Of a stretch of DNA of 15,232 bases, positions 10,012 through 15,232 are shown piece by piece. Below the pieces are notes generated by a model that ran no database searches, was not told the origin of the DNA, and saw only the letters and a list, made by a program, of their open reading frames with translations. This DNA is from Selaginella moellendorffii (taxonomy: Eukaryota; Plantae; Lycopodiophyta), in contig NW_003314530.1 of NCBI RefSeq assembly GCF_000143415.4, forward strand, positions 1-15,232, given 5' to 3'. The translations under genes were made by a program, and so were the position numbers. The first letter of the stretch is position 1, and each line of letters opens with the position of its first letter.

Positions 10012-11152
10012 ATGAGCAAGAGGCAGCGCAGTAGAAGCCGCTCCCCTGGACGGCGCCGAAGGGATCGCAGCAGATCGCCCAAGCGATTGAGGTAAGAGTG
10101 GAGCTAGCTCGCCCATCCCAATCGCTTATCTCAGTGTACTTTCATCTTCCAGCCGGTCTCCACCGCCGCGGATCCATGGTAAGAAGCAGAAGATCTGTGT
10201 GGATTACGCCAGGGGGAATTGCTTCAGAGGGAATGAGTGCTGGTTTCTCCACGACGAGTTTGAGGACAGATACCAGCGGAGGAGCTACAGCCACAGTAAG
10301 CGCGACTCGAGCTTCTATCCCAGGGGACGGGATGTGAATGGGAAATCGAGGAGCCGGGAGCTGGACGACGATTACAGGCACAATGGATACTCTCGTAGGG
10401 AACGGGAGGAGAGTCCCAGTCACAGGAGATACTCTAGGCGAGATAGTCCCAGTCCCAGGCCATCGACTGAGCGTGTCGAGGAGCAGCATAGAGTGGTGGA
10501 AACGCATCAAGAGCGTAGAGCGGTGGAAACGAATCAACAGCATGGAGTGGTGGAAGCTTACGACAGAATGGTGGTGGAAACATGCCAAGAAGAGCACGCA
10601 CAAATCGAGACACAGGAGCATCAGGATTCGGCTTTACCAGATCACGCTGGGTGTGAAGTAGCTGCAGTGGCTGTGGCTGCCAGAGATGACACTCGAGATG
10701 ACGCTCGAAATGAAGCTCGTTCAAAGCCACTTCCAGAGGTTGAGCGTGACTTGGAGATGTTTGGAGCGCCGGAGTTTTCTCTCGAGCTACAAAAGACGCA
10801 AAGTCACAGCCCGAGTGATGATCGGAAGAAGATGATGGACAGGGAGATGAGATCCTTGAAGGTGCTGAGGAACGCGATCACAGACTTCGTCAAGGAGTCG
10901 CTCAAGCCGGCTTGGAAGGAAGGCCACCTGAGCAAAGTCGCGTTCAAGACAATCGCGCAAAAGGCCGTGGACAAAGTCATGGGAACGTTGCAAGGTCACG
11001 AAATCCCAAAGGGCCAGGCCAAGATCGAGCAGTTCATGGATTCCTCCCACGCAAAGATCACCAAGCTCGTCAAGGTACCGACACTCTCATTCGTTTCAAT
11101 TCATCCTTGTTCTCTTTTTGTGCAGGGATACTTGGACAAGTATGTGTCGTGA
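10012..11152 (+). CDS. CCCH zinc-finger protein with an RS-rich N-terminus and a FES1/C3H38/C3H55-type (SRI-like) C-terminal helical domain
   Basis: Exons 10012-10091, 10153-11074, 11126-11152 with GT-AG introns. Starts MSKRQRSRSRSPGRRRRDRSRSPKRLS; finger CVDYARGNCFRGNECWFLH (C-x7-C-x5-C-x3-H); C-terminus FVKESLKPAWKEGHLSKVAFKTIAQKAVDKV...KITKLVKGYLDKY. Confidence 0.88.
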
Positions 11153-11345
11153 TGTTTTGACAATGGTTGGAAGCCGGAAGATTGATTTCTCAACAGATTG
11201 TACTATGTAAGTCTATAAGTATCAATAGCTAACATTTAAGGTACGCGCACTGGTTCTTCTACTCTTCTGTGTTCTTCAATTTCTCTATGGTATTTCTTTC
11301 GATCTAACAAAAAAAATCGGTTTTTGATGAGCCAGCTCTAGGTGG

Positions 11346-13309
11346 TCACTCCAGCAAGATATTGGTCATAGGTCCGGGGTTCTCGGGGTGTGCCTCAAAC
11401 GCGCTCCACGCCGCTCGGAGACCACACTGGATATCACTGTGGATCCGAGCGCCGCCAAGCAGCGCTCCCCAGGTGGTATCATCGGGAAGATATGGCATGC
11501 TCTGGATAAGCTCCTCGGCCTGTGGGAGCTGCCCTGCTCGAGCCAACAAATCCACCATGGAGCAGTAGATCTCAAAGTGTGGAGCTACGCATCGATCTTC
11601 CAGCATGTACAAGAAGCACTGGCGGCCTTCTTCGACGAGCCCGACGTGCCAGCAAGCGCTCAGGATGTTCACGCAGGTGGCCTCGTCGGGTGGAATTCCC
11701 AGGAGCTCCATCGGTTTGAGCAGCTCCAGCGCTACCTTGCCATGCCCGTTTCGAGCATACGCGGTCGCCATCTCGGCCCAGGGCTTGACGTCCGGGTGTG
11801 GGATCCTTGCGAGAAGATCCCGGGCTTCGCCCAAATGCCCGCTCTGGGCAAATGCTGCCACCACCGCGGTCCAGGTGATCCAATTGCGCTCCGGCATGGA
11901 TTGGAATGCGTGCTTCGCTTGGGCGACGAGGCCGCTCTGGGCGAATCCGGCTGCGGTGCTCGTCCAGGAGACTACATTCCTCTGGGATATCCGATCGAAG
12001 GCGGTGCTTGCCTCGTCCATCAGCCCCGCCTGGGCAAAGCTCGAGATCATCGCGTTCCAGGAGACTGGGGCATGGAATCGAAGACGGCCTTGGCCGCGAC
12101 GGCGTCTCCGACGAGCCCGTGCACGGTGATCATGGCGTTCCAGGAGATCACATCGAGCTGTGGCGCGCGAGAGATCGCGGCGATGGCGTCGTCGACCTGG
12201 CGAGATTGGGCGTAGGCGGCGATGAGCGCGTTCCAGGAGACGATGTTGCGAGAGGGCATCGAGTGGAAGAAGGATTGGGCGTCGTCGACGCGACCGCTCT
12301 GGGAGAAGACTGTGATCATCGCGTTCCAGGCGATGGAATCCCATTTGGGCATAAGAGAGAACATCTCGACCGCTGGATTCAAATCTCCCGCCGTCGCCAG
12401 GCCTTCGATCATGGCCGTCCAGGACACCACGCTCCTTTCCGCCGCGGAATCGAACATCGCCATCGCATCGTCCACATGCCCCTCTTCCGCGAAACCACGA
12501 ATCATGGCCGTCCACGACACCACATCGTGCTGGGGCATTCTCAAGAACACGCTGCGCGCCCTAGCCACATCCCCGCTCTCGGCATTCGCGACGACGATCA
12601 CAGTCCAGGGGATCACATCGCGCTCGGGCATTCCATCGAAGATCCTCTTGGCCTCGCGATTCTCCCCGCGCTCGACGTGTGCTGTGATCATCGCATTCCA
12701 GGAGACGACGTCGTGCTGCGGCATCCGCCAGAACATCGCGCGCGCGTCGTCAAGATTTCCTCTCCTGGCGTAGCCAGCGACCATCGCGTTCCAGATCACG
12801 ATGTTTTGCTGGGGAATCGAGTCGAATATCGCCCTGGCATCGTGGATCCGGCCGTGGCGAGTGTAGAGCGTGATCATCGTGGTTCCAAGGTACACATCCC
12901 ACTGCGGCATGCTCTTCTTGATCTTCTTGGCCTCCGCCACATCCCCTCTCCGAGCATAGGCAGCCGCCAAGGAATTCCAGGTGACCGCATTGCGCTCGGC
13001 CATGGCATCGAAGATCCGCCGCGCCTCCTCGACCTCGCCATTCTCGACATAGGCCTGGATCATCAGATTCCCGGAGAAGGAATTGGGGCAAGGGATGGAG
13101 TCGTGCACGGATCGCGCGTCGCGGGGGCTGCGGCACTTGCCATACATCTCCACGAGCAGATTGGCGAGGAACAAGCTCTGGACATGGATGCTGCTGCCGC
13201 GGATTCGAGCATGCAATCGCCGCCCGCCACACAGGTCGCGGTTCCTCCCGCATTCGCGGACGAGCTCGCCGAGATTCTTCTCCTCAACTCCAGCAGCATC
13301 GTCTCTCAT
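11346..13309 (-). pseudogene. PLS-class (SS-rich) pentatricopeptide-repeat gene ending in an E1 domain, frameshifted near 12066
   Basis: About 14 tandem 31-aa motifs (xVVSWNAMIxxxAxxGxxxxAxxxFxxMPxx), then P2-L2-S2-E1 (YCSMVDLLARAGQL; TWGALLGGARIH). The frame switches at ATG CCC CA|GTC TCC TGG, about 10 nt short of sibling repeats. The C-terminus PENPGPMTNILLE* has no E2 or DYW domain. Confidence 0.85.
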
Positions 13310-13387
13310 CTGCAGATGCCCGGCTATGGCATCGCATTCTCCGCGCTAGAGGAAAGACAGTTACTTACATTCATCGACTCAGGCTAG

Positions 13388-13774
13388 CTAGAACAAGGGA
13401 GATCTGTGAGGAGTTCCTTTGCGGTGGCTTCTGGGCGATGGAGAGGAGACAAGCACTAGGCTTTTACAAGGCGTGGGTGTGGGTGTGGCGGCCATCTCCG
13501 ACGAGAGCACGGAGTTTGGAGAGGGTGGAACTAGAGTTACTGGTGGGGGATGTTGGTGGCGAGTAGTAGTGGTGGTGGCGGTGGTGGTACTGGGCTCTCG
13601 ATCTCTCACAACTATCTGGAGCTTGGTCTTCTTGAAGCCCAGTATCCGAGGAGGAAGAACTTCTTCGCCAACGCTTTGCTGCCGCCTCTTGAGAAGATTG
13701 ACGGTGGTGGTGGTGGTGGTGGCGGCATTCTTATTCTGGTGGTGGTGGTGGTGGTGATGGTCGCTCGTCGCCAT
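13388..13774 (-). CDS. Low-complexity 128-aa ORF ending in an RKGxPHRSP motif typical of PLATZ transcription-factor C-termini; probably an orphaned last exon
   Basis: Ends SHRKGTPHRSPLF*, with poly-His/poly-Thr and an S/P/T-rich body. The frame stays open upstream to about 13870. No PLATZ zinc domain found upstream in the window. Confidence 0.45.
   Translation of the reverse strand: MATSDHHHHHHHQNKNAATTTTTTVNLLKRRQQSVGEEVLPPRILGFKKTKLQIVVRDREPSTTTATTTTTRHQHPPPVTLVPPSPNSVLSSEMAATPTPTPCKSLVLVSSPSPRSHRKGTPHRSPLF
13553..13760. repeat. (GGT/TGG)n trinucleotide microsatellite tracts encoding poly-Thr and poly-His on the minus strand
   Basis: Runs at about 13561-13590, 13703-13722 and 13737-13760. 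Confidence 0.8.
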
Positions 13775-13839
13775 GGATGACGATGGAGCTGGATTGAGTT
13801 CTTCGCGGTCTTCCAGCGATCCAGTGGGGGATGACTTAC

Positions 13840-14030
13840 CTGGAGAAGGCCCTTCAGCTGCAATGCTACTGCATTATGTCCCACACGAGCACTTGGAACA
13901 CTTCCTGATGAACTATGAGGAGAATTCCAACGAAGCTCCGCTGCAAAAATAAAAATAGAAAGAAGCTTTCAGAAAGAATTAACTCGAGTTTTATTACTGC
14001 TCACCATCAAGAAAACCGGACGTCCATGAA
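13840..14030 (-). pseudogene. Single Kelch-repeat fragment with an intron (13941-14004) and a +1 frameshift
   Basis: Removing one T from CGG TTT TCT TGA TG and splicing GTGAG...TTTTTGCAG gives FMDVRFLDAELRWNSPHSSSGSVPSARVGHNAVAL, matching the Kelch pattern D-V-x-x-L-D...W...G-x-x-P-x-x-R-x-G-H-x-A-V. Confidence 0.5.
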
Positions 14031-14390
14031 GGGTGTTCTAGCTGCAGCAGCAATTATATTACGGTTCATCAGCGCCTTTTCTCGCTCCAAGCTTTTGATT
14101 ATCTTTGTCATTTCGGCCTGCATAATTCCCGCGTCTTGAAGGTCCTGTTGTGAAAGTTCTAACTGAGCTTGCAAAACTCTAGCGTCTTTTAACACTGACT
14201 CCTTCCCGACGAGACAAACTCTGCCATTAAATCGAATGAAACCATGAACAGCTTCACTAACCTGAACTCTGCCATAAAAATCAACCATCGGTAGAACATA
14301 CTCTTCAGCAGTCTTTGTCCTGATCTCTCCAGCATAATATGAAGATGTTGTCTGTGAAATTTCTGCCTTTTGGACATTAAGAGCCAGGCT
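14007..14390 (-). other. Open frame of about 127 codons containing a coiled-coil-like segment; unassigned fragment
   Basis: Stop-free from 14390 to 14007; LQAQLELSQQDLQDAGIMQAEMTKIIKSLEREKALM has heptad character. Confidence 0.3.
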
Positions 14391-14930
14391 TTAAAGACCT
14401 CTGACGTGCAAAACAATACCTCAGCTTGGCAGATTGTCGAAAACGGAAACGCAACAGCAAGCGATCTTCAGTCAACCGCACTTTCCAGCCGCTGAACGCA
14501 TTCTGGTGAAGATCTAAACGCTGCGATTCCTGAGCTTCAGATCTCTAGTTGTTCTTTTTGCTTCTGCTGCTGCTGCTCAAACCAAACCCAAGTTAAAAAA
14601 TCAAATGAGAATATCTATTAGATATCAACTGCTATTGTACAAATTATATGTAATACCGAACATCGAGCAACAACATTAACAACACTGATGCTAAATAGTG
14701 GCAGAATTAAGAATGTCATATAACTTTGGTAAATCACCATAAATCATCAAATCACCATAAGATAAAAGGCGAAAAGCCTGCTTCTGGAGTAGAGCAGCAA
14801 TCTGACAGCGGATTTGACATTGTGACTGATCACAAACTCCTTAGACGCATAGCCGCAGAGCTGAGAAGCCGCCATAGCCATGCCCAGGGCTTTTTGTTCG
14901 TGTGTTCAGAGTTCAATGGTTACAGTCAGA

Positions 14931-15232
14931 TCAACGGTCAGATCTACAATAAGGACATATCCACGCGTTGTCGTCGTCAACGCCCTCAGAGAAGTTGACA
15001 CAGTCCTTGTGGTGAAATACTGCAACTTCACAATCTCGGTGTGAGCAGACAACCACAGCACCTTCATCCACTAGATATCTTCATTTGCTGCAGATTGCAT
15101 TTTTAACAATCAAAACATTAAAACCGCACGAAACACATACCACGAGATGGCGGTGCCTCTACCAAATTCAGTGAAACAATTTGTTGCTGTAGCTCGAAAA
15201 GGCTGAGCTCAAAATGAAAATCTTGATCAAGC
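14931..15232 (-). pseudogene. 3' end of an ING-like PHD-finger gene; the PHD lacks its first CxC and is out of frame with the upstream exon
   Basis: 15071-14931 reads VDEGAVVVCSHRDCEVAVFHHKDCVNFSEGVDDDNAWICPYCRSDR*. Upstream exon 15232-15141 reads LDQDFHFELSLFELQQQI...; a 53-bp GT-AG intron (15088-15140) joins it to ANEDI-TAG. Not in the ORF track. Confidence 0.6.

Noticed and set aside
11800-13100. 93-bp periodicity as a CRISPR array or satellite
   Set aside because: It is the 31-codon PPR repeat; there are no identical repeats with unique spacers.
11906-13387. 493-aa plus-strand ORF and other long ORFs antisense to the PPR gene
   Set aside because: Shadow frames of a GC-rich repetitive coding sequence; their periodicity mirrors the PPR repeats.
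14731-14760. Short direct repeat aaatcaccataa
   Set aside because: Looks like a local slippage duplication with no associated element.
14726-15050. Plus-strand ORF faintly resembling an NAD(P)H:quinone/FMN reductase (GFLFVCSEFNG; TYPRVV...)
   Set aside because: Weak match needing frameshifts; the overlapping minus strand gives a much clearer PHD pattern with a proper intron.

Overview
Eukaryotic land-plant DNA from a very compact genome. Introns of 46-72 bp, long runs of 31-aa SS-type PPR motifs and tight gene packing suggest a lycophyte such as Selaginella (inference). Left to right: (1) a minus-strand ORF missing from the ORF track (ATG 650, open past base 1) whose N-terminus resembles a HeLo-like/MLKL four-helix cell-death domain; (2) head-to-head with it, a divergent, frameshifted protein kinase (806-2103); (3) an apparently complete 18-exon ATXR3/SDG2 H3K4 methyltransferase (2441-9539, minus strand, about 1958 aa in my splice model); (4) a ~470-bp divergent promoter with a telomere-repeat-like palindrome; (5) a CCCH zinc-finger protein with a FES1/C3H38-type C-terminal domain (10012-11152); (6) a frameshifted PLS/SS-E PPR gene (11346-13309); (7) a run of unrelated minus-strand gene fragments (PLATZ-like tail, Kelch repeat, coiled coil, ING-like PHD finger) from 13388 to the right edge. 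All family assignments are by eye from motifs; no database search was run.
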